A DNA stretch of 41,695 bases from positions 1-41,695 of the forward strand of contig CAYVLL010000001.1 of assembly GCA_964452235.1 (NCBI GenBank). The letters are read 5' to 3'. Below are positions 1 through 10,081 of this stretch, one piece after another. The translations under genes were made by a program, and so were the position numbers. Source of the DNA: an uncultured Woeseiaceae bacterium. GTDB lineage: Bacteria; Pseudomonadota; Gammaproteobacteria; Steroidobacterales; Woeseiaceae. Position 1 is the stretch's first letter, and each line of letters starts with the position of its first letter. The notes under the pieces are model-generated. The model was not told the origin of the DNA, ran no database searches, and saw only the letters and a program-made list of their open reading frames with translations.

Positions 1-353
1 ACGAATGGCTGCGCAAGGAAGAGGACGGTAGCGTAACCATCGGCATTACGGATCACGCCCAATCGGCACTGGGAGACCTTGTCTACGTCGAGTTGCCGGA
101 GGTCGGCCAGGAGATCGACAGCGGCGGTGAAATGGCCGTTGTTGAGTCGGTCAAGGCAGCGTCCGATGTCTATGCACCGATTGCAGGTACGATCCTTGAA
201 GTCAACACGGAACTGGCGGACGAGCCGGAAAAGCTTAACGCCGATCCCTACGGGGACGGCTGGATCGTGCGCATGCAGCCGGATGACGACGATTTGGGCG
301 AAACGATGGATCCGGATGCCTACCAGGAGTTCCTGGATGAACTCGAGTCCTGA
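1..353 (+). CDS. gcvH: Glycine cleavage system H protein (5'-truncated by window edge)
   Basis: The frame is open from base 3 ([36 protein letters not shown]...). It carries the lipoyl-lysine motif [13 protein letters not shown] and stops at 351-353. The P-protein subunit genes follow directly. Confidence 0.93.
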   Translation, partial: EWLRKEEDGSVTIGITDHAQSALGDLVYVELPEVGQEIDSGGEMAVVESVKAASDVYAPIAGTILEVNTELADEPEKLNADPYGDGWIVRMQPDDDDLGETMDPDAYQEFLDELES

Positions 354-409
354 GCGCCAGCGACCGGCCAGCGACGATCCGGAATTCTAGTCAGTAACCG
401 AGGATCACA

Positions 410-1804
410 ATGCCATTCATACCGCACACGCAGGAAGACATCGACGAAATGCTGCAGACGATCGGGGTACCGGGTGTCGACAGCCTGTTCGACGAAATTC
501 CCGCCGATTTGCTCATCGGCAATCTCGATGGGATACCGGATGCTCTGAGTGAAATGGAAATAATGAGGCTCATGCGTGCACGTGCCGCGCAGGACAGCGG
601 CATGCTGACGTTTATCGGTGCCGGGGCCTACGAACACCATATTCCGGCGGCGGTCTGGGACATTGCCACCCGGGGCGAGTTCTACAGTGCCTACACGCCG
701 TACCAGGCGGAGGCCAGCCAGGGCACATTGCAGACGATCTACGAATATCAGTCGATGATTGTTGCATTGACCGGTCTCGACGCCAGCAATGCCTCGCTGT
801 ATGACGGCGCATCGGCGCTCGCAGAAGCCGCGTTGATGGCAGTGCGAGCGAATCGTCGCGCCAGGTCCGCGCGCGTGCTGTTGGCCGCAGGTGTGAATCC
901 TGTCTATCGCAAGGTTGCGGACACGATAGGAGGCAGCCAGGGACTCACGTTCGAGTCCTTGCCACTCGATCGCGATTCGGGAACGACGGACCTTGCAGCA
1001 CTCGATGACAGCGATGATTCCCTGGTGGCGGTGGTCATCCAGCAACCGTCGTTTTTCGGCACGCTGGAACCGGTCGATGCGCTGACCAACTGGGCGCATG
1101 CCAGGGGTGCGCTGGTCATTGCCGTCAGCAACCCGACCTCGCTGGCGCTGCTCGAAGCACCGGGACATTGGGGCGAGAAGGGTGCAGACATCGCCTGTGG
1201 GGAAGGCCAGCCGCTCGGTGTACCGTTATCGTCGGGAGGGCCGTACTTCGGATTCATGGCCTGCCGCCAGGCCCTGGTTCGGCAAATGCCGGGACGCATC
1301 GTAGGCCGCACAACGGACCTCGACGGCAATCCGGGTTTCACCCTGACCCTGCAGGCGCGTGAACAACATATTCGACGCTCCAAGGCGACGTCGAACATCT
1401 GCACCAACCAGGGACTGATGGTAACGGCAGCGACGATCTACATGTCGCTGCTCGGGGCCGAGGGACTCGCGCGGGTGGCCGCCGCAAGTTGCGACAACAC
1501 CGCGGCGCTGGCTGATGGTCTTTGCAGCATCGAGGGCGTCGAGAGACTCTTCAAGGGGCCGTTTTTTCACGAGTGCGCGCTGCGGCTTGATCGACCCGTT
1601 GCACCGGTTCTGGAAGCACTTGCCGACATTGGCGTTCTGGGCGGTTTCGACTTGTCGCAAAGTCATCCGGAGCTGGGCGACGCGCTACTGGCGTGCGCGA
1701 CGGAAACGAAAACCCGCAAGGATCTTGAGTTTTACGCAGAGAGTCTGCGACAGATAATGACGGGAAAGTCGAGTTCCAGCGATAGCACAACGAGTGCGGA
1801 TTAA
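410..1804 (+). CDS. gcvPA: Glycine dehydrogenase (decarboxylating) subunit 1
   Basis: 464-aa ORF starting at ATG 410, preceded by GAGGA. The N-terminus [19 protein letters not shown] is typical of split P-protein subunit 1. It lies 56 nt after gcvH. Confidence 0.93.
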   Translation: MPFIPHTQEDIDEMLQTIGVPGVDSLFDEIPADLLIGNLDGIPDALSEMEIMRLMRARAAQDSGMLTFIGAGAYEHHIPAAVWDIATRGEFYSAYTPYQAEASQGTLQTIYEYQSMIVALTGLDASNASLYDGASALAEAALMAVRANRRARSARVLLAAGVNPVYRKVADTIGGSQGLTFESLPLDRDSGTTDLAALDDSDDSLVAVVIQQPSFFGTLEPVDALTNWAHARGALVIAVSNPTSLALLEAPGHWGEKGADIACGEGQPLGVPLSSGGPYFGFMACRQALVRQMPGRIVGRTTDLDGNPGFTLTLQAREQHIRRSKATSNICTNQGLMVTAATIYMSLLGAEGLARVAAASCDNTAALADGLCSIEGVERLFKGPFFHECALRLDRPVAPVLEALADIGVLGGFDLSQSHPELGDALLACATETKTRKDLEFYAESLRQIMTGKSSSSDSTTSAD

Positions 1805-2316
1805 TGCCGAAAATTGTCTTTAACGGTACCGCGTACCGCATCGAAGGCGACTTGCCGACGATCGGCAGCAAGGCCCCCGATGTGTCGCTGGTCAATGTCG
1901 ATCTGCAGGACGTATCCCTTGCCAATTTTCACGGCAAGCGAAAAATCATTAACACCCTGCCGAGCATCGATCTGTGCGACTGCGAGAAATCCGTTATCGA
2001 ATTCGACCGGCTCGCCGCGGAGTACAGCGACATCGCAATGCTGGTGGTTTCTTACGACCTGCCCTTCGCCCACGCGCGCTTCAATGCCGAGCATGAACTC
2101 AGCGCCGTCACGAGTCTGTCTGCGATACGTCATGCCGGCTTTGGCAACAACTATGGGGTTCTTATCGTCGAGGGACCGCTCGCCGGCATGTTCGCTCCGG
2201 CGGTCATAGTACTGGATGAGAACAACACCGTCGTTTTCCGCGAGCAGATCGAAGACGTCTGTCGCGAGCCTGACTACGCCGAGGCGTGCCGCGCGCTCGG
2301 TATTTCTACCGGATGA
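1804..2316 (+). CDS. Thiol peroxidase (Tpx)-fold redoxin with atypical or degenerate active site
   Basis: 170 aa, colinear with Tpx (GSKAPDVSL..., [13 protein letters not shown]..., [16 protein letters not shown]). The active-site stretch reads [11 protein letters not shown] instead of PS(I/V)DTxVC. The start overlaps the gcvPA stop (TAATG), and its stop lies 4 nt before gcvPB. Confidence 0.8.
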   Translation: MPKIVFNGTAYRIEGDLPTIGSKAPDVSLVNVDLQDVSLANFHGKRKIINTLPSIDLCDCEKSVIEFDRLAAEYSDIAMLVVSYDLPFAHARFNAEHELSAVTSLSAIRHAGFGNNYGVLIVEGPLAGMFAPAVIVLDENNTVVFREQIEDVCREPDYAEACRALGISTG

Positions 2317-2320
2317 GTCC

Positions 2321-3787
2321 ATGAATGAACCTTTGATTTTCGAAAAGTCCCGTTCCGGACGACGCGCTTTTGCGCAAGCGCCTGTCGAGTTGGCATCCTG
2401 CGATATTCCGCAGCAGTTCCTGCGCACGACACGGCCCGACCTTCCCGAAGCATCGGAACTGCAGGTCGTGCGCCATTTCACGCGCCTGTCGCAACTGAAC
2501 TTTTCGATTGACACACACTTCTATCCACTCGGGTCGTGCACGATGAAGTACAACCCGAGAGCCTGCAATACGAGCGCCATGCTGCAGGGCTTCATAAATC
2601 GACATCCGCTTGCACCTGCGCGGTATGGGCAGGGATTCCTGGCCTGCATGTTCGAGCTGCAGGAAATGCTGAAAGCTGTGACCGGCATGCGCGGCGTGTC
2701 GTTGACGCCGATGGCCGGCGCACAGGGCGAGCTGACGGGTGTGCTGATGATTCGCGCTTACCATCTTTCGCGTGACGAACCTCATCGTAACGAAATCATT
2801 GTGCCGGATGCCGCGCACGGCACCAATCCCGCGACGGCCACCATGTGTGGCTGTGTCGTCCGGGAACTCCCGACCGGGCCCGACGGCGATATCGATCTGG
2901 ACATGCTGCGGAAGGCTGTCGGCCCCAACACGGCGGGCATCATGCTGACGAATCCATCGACGCTTGGCGTTTTCGAGCGGCGGATCAAGGAAGTCGCAGC
3001 AATCGTGCACGAGGCCGGTGGCTTGCTTTACTACGACGGTGCGAATCTCAATGCGATCCTTGGCAAGGTGCGCCCGGGCGATATGGAATTCGACGTCATT
3101 CACATGAACCTTCACAAGACGTTTTCGACACCACACGGTGGTGGCGGGCCCGGGTCCGGGGCGGTCGGGGTCGGCCGCCGTCTGATGCCGTTCATGCCGA
3201 TACCGATCGTGGGAAAAATCGAAGAAGACGGCTGCAGCCGCTACGAATGGTTGGCCGAGAAGGATTTGCCGCAGAGCATCGGTCGCCTGTCCGGTTTCAT
3301 GGGTAATGCCGGAGTGTTGCTGCGCGCATACGTCTACATGCGCATGCTGGGACACGATGGCATGCGACGAGTTGCCGAGTTTGCCACGCTCAATGCGAAT
3401 TACCTGTTGGCCCGTCTGCGGGCGGCAGGTTTCGATCCGGCGTTTCCCGAGCGGCGAGCCAGCCACGAATTCATCATTACACTCAAGCGTCAGGCCAGGA
3501 CTCTGAACATTACCGCGATGGACGTGGCCAAGGCGCTGCTCGACCACGGTTTTCATTCGCCGACTACCTATTTTCCCTTGTTGATACCGGAATGCCTGCT
3601 GATCGAGCCGACCGAAACCGAAACGCGGGAAATGCTGGATCGCTTCGCTGATGCAATGATTGCCATTGCAGAAGACGCACGGGAGTCACCGGAGAAACTG
3701 AAAGGGGCACCTTACAGCACGCCGGTACGTCGCCTGGACGATGTCAAGGCTGCGCGGCAGCTCGATATCGCCTACAAGCTCCTCTGA
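2321..3787 (+). CDS. gcvPB: Glycine dehydrogenase (decarboxylating) subunit 2
   Basis: Starts at ATG 2321 ([17 protein letters not shown]). It has the PLP-lysine motif [18 protein letters not shown]. The ORF-track start at 2216 is an in-frame upstream extension that overlaps the previous gene. Confidence 0.93.
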   Translation: MNEPLIFEKSRSGRRAFAQAPVELASCDIPQQFLRTTRPDLPEASELQVVRHFTRLSQLNFSIDTHFYPLGSCTMKYNPRACNTSAMLQGFINRHPLAPARYGQGFLACMFELQEMLKAVTGMRGVSLTPMAGAQGELTGVLMIRAYHLSRDEPHRNEIIVPDAAHGTNPATATMCGCVVRELPTGPDGDIDLDMLRKAVGPNTAGIMLTNPSTLGVFERRIKEVAAIVHEAGGLLYYDGANLNAILGKVRPGDMEFDVIHMNLHKTFSTPHGGGGPGSGAVGVGRRLMPFMPIPIVGKIEEDGCSRYEWLAEKDLPQSIGRLSGFMGNAGVLLRAYVYMRMLGHDGMRRVAEFATLNANYLLARLRAAGFDPAFPERRASHEFIITLKRQARTLNITAMDVAKALLDHGFHSPTTYFPLLIPECLLIEPTETETREMLDRFADAMIAIAEDARESPEKLKGAPYSTPVRRLDDVKAARQLDIAYKLL

Positions 3788-4011
3788 CCCGGGTTCTCCG
3801 CATGATCCGTCGGCCGCAATTTTGCGGACCAAGTCGGGTTCCCCGTCATCCGGCAAGGGCATAATGAACCGGCGCGCTGCCGCGCGGTCTGAACGCCCAG
3901 TAACCGGGCCGGTCAGTGCGACGGAACTGCGGCCGCGCGGCCGGGTTCGATACTGTTTTCCGGATAGAATCCGGAGTTGCTTATCACTCCAGAGGGCAAA
4001 CAAAGGAAGTC

Positions 4012-6894
4012 ATGAAATACAGGATTCTCGCGCTTCTCGTGCTGTGGGCTCTCCCCGTGATACAGGCGGAAGCGGAGGTGCAGGCACAGGACCAGGAACA
4101 AGAACAAGCACAGGCACAACTTGAGGCACAGGCAGTCGCTGAAGCGCAGGTACTGGTTGAGCCGCACGACAGCAACTGGGCCGGCACGCTCGAACGCATT
4201 GCCACCGGCGTCGTATCCATCCGTGTCGACAGCACTCGCGCATTTGATACCGAATGGAACTCGTCCACTCAGGCGACCGGGTTCGTCGTCGACGCAGAGA
4301 GAGGCATTATCCTGACCAATCGGCACGTCGTTACGCCCGGTCCGGTTGTCGCAGAGGCCGTATTCCTGAACAACGAAGAGGTTCGCCTGCAGCCCATCTA
4401 CCGCGACCCGGTGCACGACTTCGGCTTTTTTCGTTACGACCCGGCAGAGCTGCAGTTCATTGAGCCGGCAGAGTTGCCGCTGGCACCTGGCGCAGCGGCG
4501 ATCGGACGCGAAATTCGCGTCATCGGTAACGACGCCGGCGAGCGACTTTCCATTCTCGCAGGCACGCTGGCGCGGCTCGATCGGGAAGCACCGAACTACG
4601 GCCGTGGCAAGTACAACGACTTCAATACGTTTTATTACCAGGCCGCCTCGAGTACGTCGGGCGGTTCGTCCGGTTCGCCCGTTATCGATATTGACGGGCG
4701 CGTGGTTGCCCTGAACGCCGGAGCTGCCAATTCTGCCGCCAGCAGCTTCTTCCTGCCGCTGGATCGCATCAGCGAAGCATTGCAACTGCTGCAGAACGAC
4801 CAGCCGGTACCTCGCGGCACTTTGCAGACTGTGTTTGTGCTGAAGGCTTACGATGAATTGCGCCGTCTCGGGTTGACCGAAGCGACGGAGTCGGCGGTGC
4901 GCGAAGCGAGACCGGGCAGGACGGGCATGCTGGCGGTTCAGGAGCGCATCGTGCAGTCGCCGGCGGACGATATGCTTGAGCCGGGTGACATCCTGTTGCG
5001 TGTCGACGGCGAGTTGATCACGGAATTCGTGCCGCTGGCGGCCATACTCGACGAGAAAGTGGGGCAGGCGGTGACCCTTGAACTCGAGCGTGGCGGGAAG
5101 CGGCTTACGACCACGTTGCCAGTGACGGATCTGCATGCCATTACTCCCGACGAGTACCTCGAGTTCGGCAATGCAGTTGTCAACAACCTGTCCTACCAGC
5201 AGGCACGTCATTTCAATCGGCCGATCAAGCATATCTACGTTGCCGATCCGGGCTACACGTTGGCGCGCTCCGCCATTCCGCGTGGCGCGGTCATCACGGA
5301 AGTCGGTGGCATTGCCATTACGGATATCGCTACTTTCGAACGGGAATTAACGAAGCTCGCAGATGGTGATCGAACGACGATTCGCTATGTAACCGTCGAG
5401 GATCCGCAGAACAGCGTAGTACGCTCGCTGCAAATGGATCGTACCTGGTTTCCGGCGCGTTTCTGTCAGCGCGACGACAAGACGGGCTTATGGCCGTGCC
5501 GCGACCTCGCACCCGGGCCGGACCTCGCCGAGCCAGCAGGCGGCAGCACGCGGTTTGCGGCGACTGGCGACCGGCGGCTGGACACAATCGCGTCATCGCT
5601 CGTTATGGTCAACTTCGATCTGCCGTACACGGTCTCCGGTGTTGCAGATCGCCATTATTATGGCACCGGATTAATTCTCGACCATGAGCGCGGCTATGTG
5701 CTGGTTGACCGCAATACGGTGCCGGAGGCTATGGGTGATGTAGCGATCACTTTTGCCGGCTCATTGGAGATCATGGGTAAAGTAGAAGCCGTGCACCCAT
5801 TGCACAATCTCGCCATCGTATCCTACGACCCGGCATTGATCGGGGACACGCCGGTCAAGTCTGCCGTTCTGTCGACCAAGGCGCTCAAGTCCGGCGATGA
5901 GGTGCTGGTCGTAGGCCTCAAGGCTGATCACCAACTCGCCCGTCAGGCAGGGATCGTGGCGTCGGTCGATCCGATGACCCTGCCGCTGTCGCGCACGCTG
6001 CGCTTTCGCGAGGCCAATCTCGAAGGTATTTCGCTGGTGAACGAACCAGCACAGATGGACGGAGTGATGGTTGACCGGCGTGGCCATGTGGTGGCGACCT
6101 GGTCGAGTTTCGCTTACCAGGGAGGCAACGAGTCCAACCAGATGAACCGGGGCATTGCCAGTGACCTTGTGCGTGAATTTGTCGACACAGTGCGTGACGG
6201 GCGACCGTTTTACTCACTCGAAGCGGAGTTCGGTTATGCGCCTCTTTTTGCCGCCCGCAAGCTGGGCCTCGATGAATCCTGGATTGAGCGCCTCGAAAAG
6301 CATGACCCGAAAGGGCGCCGTGCGTTGAGTGTCAATCGCATTGCGGCCGGGTCTCCGGCGGCGGAGGTCCTGCGCAACGGCGATATGTTACTCGCTATCG
6401 ATGACCGGATTGTGTCGAGTTTTCGCGAAATGGAACGGGCTGTGCAGAAACCGCGTGTGACAGTGACCATCTGGCGAGATGGGAAAGCGCGCGACTTCAA
6501 TCTGGATACCGTGGCATTGGACGGCGCTGGCATCGATCGTGCAGTTTCGTGGGGAGGCGCGCTGTTACAGGATCCGCACCGCGCAATGGCCATACAGCGT
6601 GGCATCGATCCCACCGGTGTTTACGTGGCGTATTTCAACTACGGGTCGCCGGCAACCCGGTATGGCCTGTGGGCGGGACGGCGCATTGTGGAAGTCGACG
6701 GCACGCCGACACCGGATCTCGCAACGTTCGTCGATATCGTGGAGCACAAGGGAGACCAGGCGTCTATTCGACTGAAGACGGTTTCCTGGAACGGTTCCGT
6801 CGAGGTCATTACACTCAAACTTGACAACCAGTATTGGCCTGCGTATGAAGTTCGGCGCTCCGCTGACGGGTGGCAACGTTTTCCGATCGGCTGA
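4012..6894 (+). CDS. Secreted Nma111-like HtrA-family serine protease (active protease domain plus degenerate second protease-like domain, PDZ-like regions)
   Basis: ATG 4012 follows AGGAAG. Signal peptide MKYRILALLVLWALPVIQA. Catalytic motifs are GFVVDAERGIILTNRHVV (His), YRDPVHDFGFF (Asp) and SGGSSGSPVIDIDGRVVALNAG (Ser). A second copy, GLILDHERGYVLVDRNTV ... MDGVMVDRRGHVVATW, lacks the His and Ser. Confidence 0.85.
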   Translation: MKYRILALLVLWALPVIQAEAEVQAQDQEQEQAQAQLEAQAVAEAQVLVEPHDSNWAGTLERIATGVVSIRVDSTRAFDTEWNSSTQATGFVVDAERGIILTNRHVVTPGPVVAEAVFLNNEEVRLQPIYRDPVHDFGFFRYDPAELQFIEPAELPLAPGAAAIGREIRVIGNDAGERLSILAGTLARLDREAPNYGRGKYNDFNTFYYQAASSTSGGSSGSPVIDIDGRVVALNAGAANSAASSFFLPLDRISEALQLLQNDQPVPRGTLQTVFVLKAYDELRRLGLTEATESAVREARPGRTGMLAVQERIVQSPADDMLEPGDILLRVDGELITEFVPLAAILDEKVGQAVTLELERGGKRLTTTLPVTDLHAITPDEYLEFGNAVVNNLSYQQARHFNRPIKHIYVADPGYTLARSAIPRGAVITEVGGIAITDIATFERELTKLADGDRTTIRYVTVEDPQNSVVRSLQMDRTWFPARFCQRDDKTGLWPCRDLAPGPDLAEPAGGSTRFAATGDRRLDTIASSLVMVNFDLPYTVSGVADRHYYGTGLILDHERGYVLVDRNTVPEAMGDVAITFAGSLEIMGKVEAVHPLHNLAIVSYDPALIGDTPVKSAVLSTKALKSGDEVLVVGLKADHQLARQAGIVASVDPMTLPLSRTLRFREANLEGISLVNEPAQMDGVMVDRRGHVVATWSSFAYQGGNESNQMNRGIASDLVREFVDTVRDGRPFYSLEAEFGYAPLFAARKLGLDESWIERLEKHDPKGRRALSVNRIAAGSPAAEVLRNGDMLLAIDDRIVSSFREMERAVQKPRVTVTIWRDGKARDFNLDTVALDGAGIDRAVSWGGALLQDPHRAMAIQRGIDPTGVYVAYFNYGSPATRYGLWAGRRIVEVDGTPTPDLATFVDIVEHKGDQASIRLKTVSWNGSVEVITLKLDNQYWPAYEVRRSADGWQRFPIG

Positions 6895-7831
6895 CAGAGC
6901 GTGGCTCGCGGCTTCGCTGGCAACGGGCTTGCTGGTGAGTCTGGTCGCGGATGCCCAGTCGCTGTACAAATACCGTGGCAGTGATGGCGAGTGGATGTTC
7001 TCCGATCGTCCGCCGGCGGATGCGCGGGCTGTCGAGACCCGGGCGTTGGCGACGGAGGCGGCATCGCCGACGGTGACGGTCGACCACCGATTGCAGGATG
7101 ACCGGGTATTTCTGCGTGCCAGCAATACCTACTACGCGCCGGTTGAACTCGTGCTGGGCATCGACGAACTACACAATATCGAGAAGCCCGCGCCCGACCA
7201 GCCGTTGCGTTTCGTCTTGGCGGCAAGAGGGCAGACCGAGTTGATGAATCTGGCAGTGAGTGCCGTTACCGCGGCAGTGCCCACGATTCGCTATCGCTAT
7301 ACCTGGATAGTCGGGGATCCAACCAGCCTCCATACGCCCGACACGCCTTATCGTGCACCGTTTGCGGTGGCACGCAGCCATCCAATCTCGCAGGCGTTTC
7401 CGACAGCGCTTACCCATAGCACGGCTGACAGTCGCCATGCGATCGATATAGTCATGCCGATAGGTACAGGTGTCTACGCTGCGCGCGCCGGTACGGTGTT
7501 TCAGGTGGCCAGCCAGAATTTTCGCGGCGGCCTCGACCTCGAGCGAGACGGTCCGGCCGCCAATCTGGTGCGCATACTGCACAGTGACGGCACGTACGCG
7601 GAATATGCACACCTGAACTGGAATACGATTCGCGTGCGACCCGGTGCTGTAGTCCGCCGCGGCGAATACATCGCCGACTCAGGCAACACCGGTTTCACCA
7701 GCGGACCGCATCTGCATTTTGCGGTGCTGCGCAACCGGGGCATGGGGACTGAGTCAGTGCCGGTTGTTTTTGAAGGGCCTAACGGCAGCGAACTGGTGCC
7801 GGAGACCGGCAAGACCCTGAGTGCTTACTGA
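6845..7831 (+). CDS. Periplasmic M23-family metallopeptidase with N-terminal DUF4124-like domain
   Basis: Signal peptide AWLAASLATGLLVSLVADA, then a DUF4124-like segment SLYKYRGSDGEWMFSDRPP. M23 metal motifs are HAIDIV and SGPHLHFAV. The start is uncertain (ATG 6845 or TTG 6821), and either one overlaps the protease 3' end. Confidence 0.82.
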   Translation: MKFGAPLTGGNVFRSADRAWLAASLATGLLVSLVADAQSLYKYRGSDGEWMFSDRPPADARAVETRALATEAASPTVTVDHRLQDDRVFLRASNTYYAPVELVLGIDELHNIEKPAPDQPLRFVLAARGQTELMNLAVSAVTAAVPTIRYRYTWIVGDPTSLHTPDTPYRAPFAVARSHPISQAFPTALTHSTADSRHAIDIVMPIGTGVYAARAGTVFQVASQNFRGGLDLERDGPAANLVRILHSDGTYAEYAHLNWNTIRVRPGAVVRRGEYIADSGNTGFTSGPHLHFAVLRNRGMGTESVPVVFEGPNGSELVPETGKTLSAY

Positions 7832-7846
7832 GAACGCCGCGCATCG

Positions 7847-9937
7847 TCAGCCTTGCCCGTCAGCAATGCCAAGCAGTGCAGCGAGTTCTTCCCACTGAGT
7901 AACCGGCAGTGAGCATTGACTTCCAATGCACCGATAAGCAACCGTTCGACCTTTGACCGCTCGCCGCAACGAAAGGCTGCCAGGCAAATCGTCGAGATCC
8001 CACGGAATAGCAAACACCAGCCTCCGTGGCGCGTAAATTCCGGCCACGGCATCGCGCCACTCTGCAATCTCCTGCGCCTGACCGCGGATAATCACAATCT
8101 CGGGATGCTGCAGGTACTCTTCCAGTGCCGTCACGAGCGTGACATGCGCGTGCGGGTAGCTGAGCATGGACGCTGCCGCATAGCGTAGCGTGTCTTCCGC
8201 TGCACTCAGGTAGCGCGTCTCGCCAAGCAGAAAACCAAGTCTTTGCAGAGCGAGCGCTGCGATGCCGTTCCCCGAGGGCATCGATTCGTCGGCCAGCGGT
8301 TTCGGCCGGTGCATCAACGCTTCGTGGTCGTCCGCCGTGAAATAAAAGCCACCGGCATCCGTGTCGAGAAAGTGCTCCAGCAGGATGTCCGCGAGTTCCA
8401 CCGCGAATTCGAGATGGCGGCTGTGCCATATTCCTTGCAGCAATTGCAGGATTGCATCCAGCAGGAACGCATGGTCGTCCAGGTAGGCAGGGAAGCGTGC
8501 CCGGCCGTCCTTGTATACCGCAAGCAGCCGACCGTCCGCACGCATGTGACCGTCGATGAAATCGACGGCGCCCGAAGCTGCCTCCAGTAATTCCGGTCGT
8601 TGCAACGCTCGTCCCGCAATCGCCAGTCCGCGTATGGCCAGTCCGTTCCATGCGGCAATGACTTTTTCATCGCGGGCCGGCGCAATGCGAGCGGAGCGTG
8701 CCTGTAACAAAGTCGCCCGGGCCTCGTCGACTTTCTTGCGCAGAACGCTCTCGCTGAGCGCCAGGTCCGTCGCGATTCGTTCGAGCGGTTCGTGCACGGT
8801 GAGGTGCCAGCGGCCCTCGAAGTTGGCCTCGCCATGCAGTCCGAAGTGGCGGGCGAAGAGCCGGTATTGATCGTCCGGCAACGCGCGGTGGACCTCGCCA
8901 GGTGTCCACACGTAAAACTTTCCTTCGTGGCCCTCCGAATCGGCATCGCGACTCGCAAAGAAGGCTCCCTCCGGCGATTGCATATCCGCAAGAAGCCATG
9001 CAGCGGTCTCCAGCGCTGCGCGTTGAAAAAGCAGTTCCCCGGTTGCCATGGCGGCTTGTGCGTACAGCGCCAGCAGCGGCCCGTTGTCGTACAGCATCTT
9101 CTCGAAGTGCGGGATTTGCCAGCGACCGTCGACCGAATAACGAAAAAAGCCGCCGCCAAGCTGATCGTAAAGCCCACCCTCGACCATTCGCGTCAGAGTC
9201 AGGGATGCCATGAACAGCGCCTCGATGTCCGGCTGCTCGTCGTGCAGAGAGCCGGCCCAGTGCCGCAGCAGCCGTTCGATGCCGGAAGGCTGCGGAAACT
9301 TCGGCGCCGATCCGAAGCCGCCGTGTTCGTTGTCGAACACACTAGCCATCTGATCGCGTGCCGCCTGCAGAAGTGCCGCATCCGGCAGGGCGTCCTGCGT
9401 ACGGTGCTCGGGCGTCAGGCGCCGCAGGATGTCATGAAGCTCGATACCCTGCTCCTGCACCTGCCTGGGATTCTCGTGGTAATACGCGGCGACCCGGGTC
9501 ATCAGTTCCCCGAAGGAGGGCATGCCGTAGCGAGCATCCTTCGGAAAGTAGGTGCCGCCGAAGAACGGGCGCTGCGTGTCCGGATCGATGAACATGGTGA
9601 GCGGCCAGCCGCCCGGCCGCTGGGTAAGCAGCTGGTGTGCTGTCTGGTAGATGCGGTCGATATCAGGCCGTTCCTCACGATCGACCTTGACGTTGACGAA
9701 CAACTGGTTCATCAGTGCAGCGGTGTCGGCATCCTCGAACGACTCGTGAGCCATGACGTGACACCAATGGCAGGCAGAGTAGCCTATTGAGAGGAGCAGC
9801 GGCTTACCGCTCGCCTTCGCGGCCGCCAGCGCCTCGTCACCCCATGGGTACCAGTCCACCGGATTGTCCGCATGCTGCTGCAGATAGGGACTCGTTTCCG
9901 AGGCGAGGCGGTTCTGGCTGTGATTCCGGGTGTTCAT
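7847..9937 (-). CDS. Thioredoxin-domain protein (DUF255 / YyaL-SPATA20 family)
   Basis: 696 aa. The N-terminal [18 protein letters not shown] and [16 protein letters not shown] motifs are typical of DUF255. A long helical C-terminal part resembles the N-acylglucosamine 2-epimerase-like toroid. Confidence 0.85.
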   Translation of the reverse strand: MNTRNHSQNRLASETSPYLQQHADNPVDWYPWGDEALAAAKASGKPLLLSIGYSACHWCHVMAHESFEDADTAALMNQLFVNVKVDREERPDIDRIYQTAHQLLTQRPGGWPLTMFIDPDTQRPFFGGTYFPKDARYGMPSFGELMTRVAAYYHENPRQVQEQGIELHDILRRLTPEHRTQDALPDAALLQAARDQMASVFDNEHGGFGSAPKFPQPSGIERLLRHWAGSLHDEQPDIEALFMASLTLTRMVEGGLYDQLGGGFFRYSVDGRWQIPHFEKMLYDNGPLLALYAQAAMATGELLFQRAALETAAWLLADMQSPEGAFFASRDADSEGHEGKFYVWTPGEVHRALPDDQYRLFARHFGLHGEANFEGRWHLTVHEPLERIATDLALSESVLRKKVDEARATLLQARSARIAPARDEKVIAAWNGLAIRGLAIAGRALQRPELLEAASGAVDFIDGHMRADGRLLAVYKDGRARFPAYLDDHAFLLDAILQLLQGIWHSRHLEFAVELADILLEHFLDTDAGGFYFTADDHEALMHRPKPLADESMPSGNGIAALALQRLGFLLGETRYLSAAEDTLRYAAASMLSYPHAHVTLVTALEEYLQHPEIVIIRGQAQEIAEWRDAVAGIYAPRRLVFAIPWDLDDLPGSLSLRRAVKGRTVAYRCIGSQCSLPVTQWEELAALLGIADGQG

Positions 9938-10081
9938 ATCGACGGGTCACTATAACGCATTGCCGGAGGCGACCCGCTACCGGGGCAATGGTAAACTGCT
10001 GCCGCAGGCGCGCGATGCCGCGACAATGAATGCGACGCAAGCACAAGCAATCACCAGTCATCGGGGACCCAACGGCCGAAT

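Noticed and set aside
2216-2320. Upstream extension of gcvPB overlapping the Tpx-like gene.
   Set aside because: Homology begins at [14 protein letters not shown] (ATG 2321). The extension is the alternative frame of the Tpx-like CDS.
2306-3556. 416-aa minus-strand ORF opposite gcvPB. Similar shadow ORFs occur at 320-1168, 8792-9790, 15583-16296, 18588-19406, 19443-20213, 28098-28817, 29151-29897 and 39717-40379.
   Set aside because: All lie antisense to, or out of frame within, confidently identified genes. They have the Arg/Pro/Gly-rich composition typical of non-coding frames in high-GC DNA.
3788-4011. The 224-bp gcvPB-protease spacer was examined for a terminator, riboswitch or another copy of the repeat.
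   Set aside because: It holds only short GC hairpins (CCGCAA/TTGCGG, TCCGGA-N5-TCCGGA) without U-tracts. It shares no blocks with the 12.2-kb and 39.8-kb repeats. Nothing there is specific enough to call.
3913-5232. 439-aa minus-strand ORF opposite the protease gene.
   Set aside because: It is antisense to a CDS with clear HtrA catalytic motifs. It is rich in R/A/G/L and has no recognisable motifs. Long open antisense frames are expected in GC-rich DNA.
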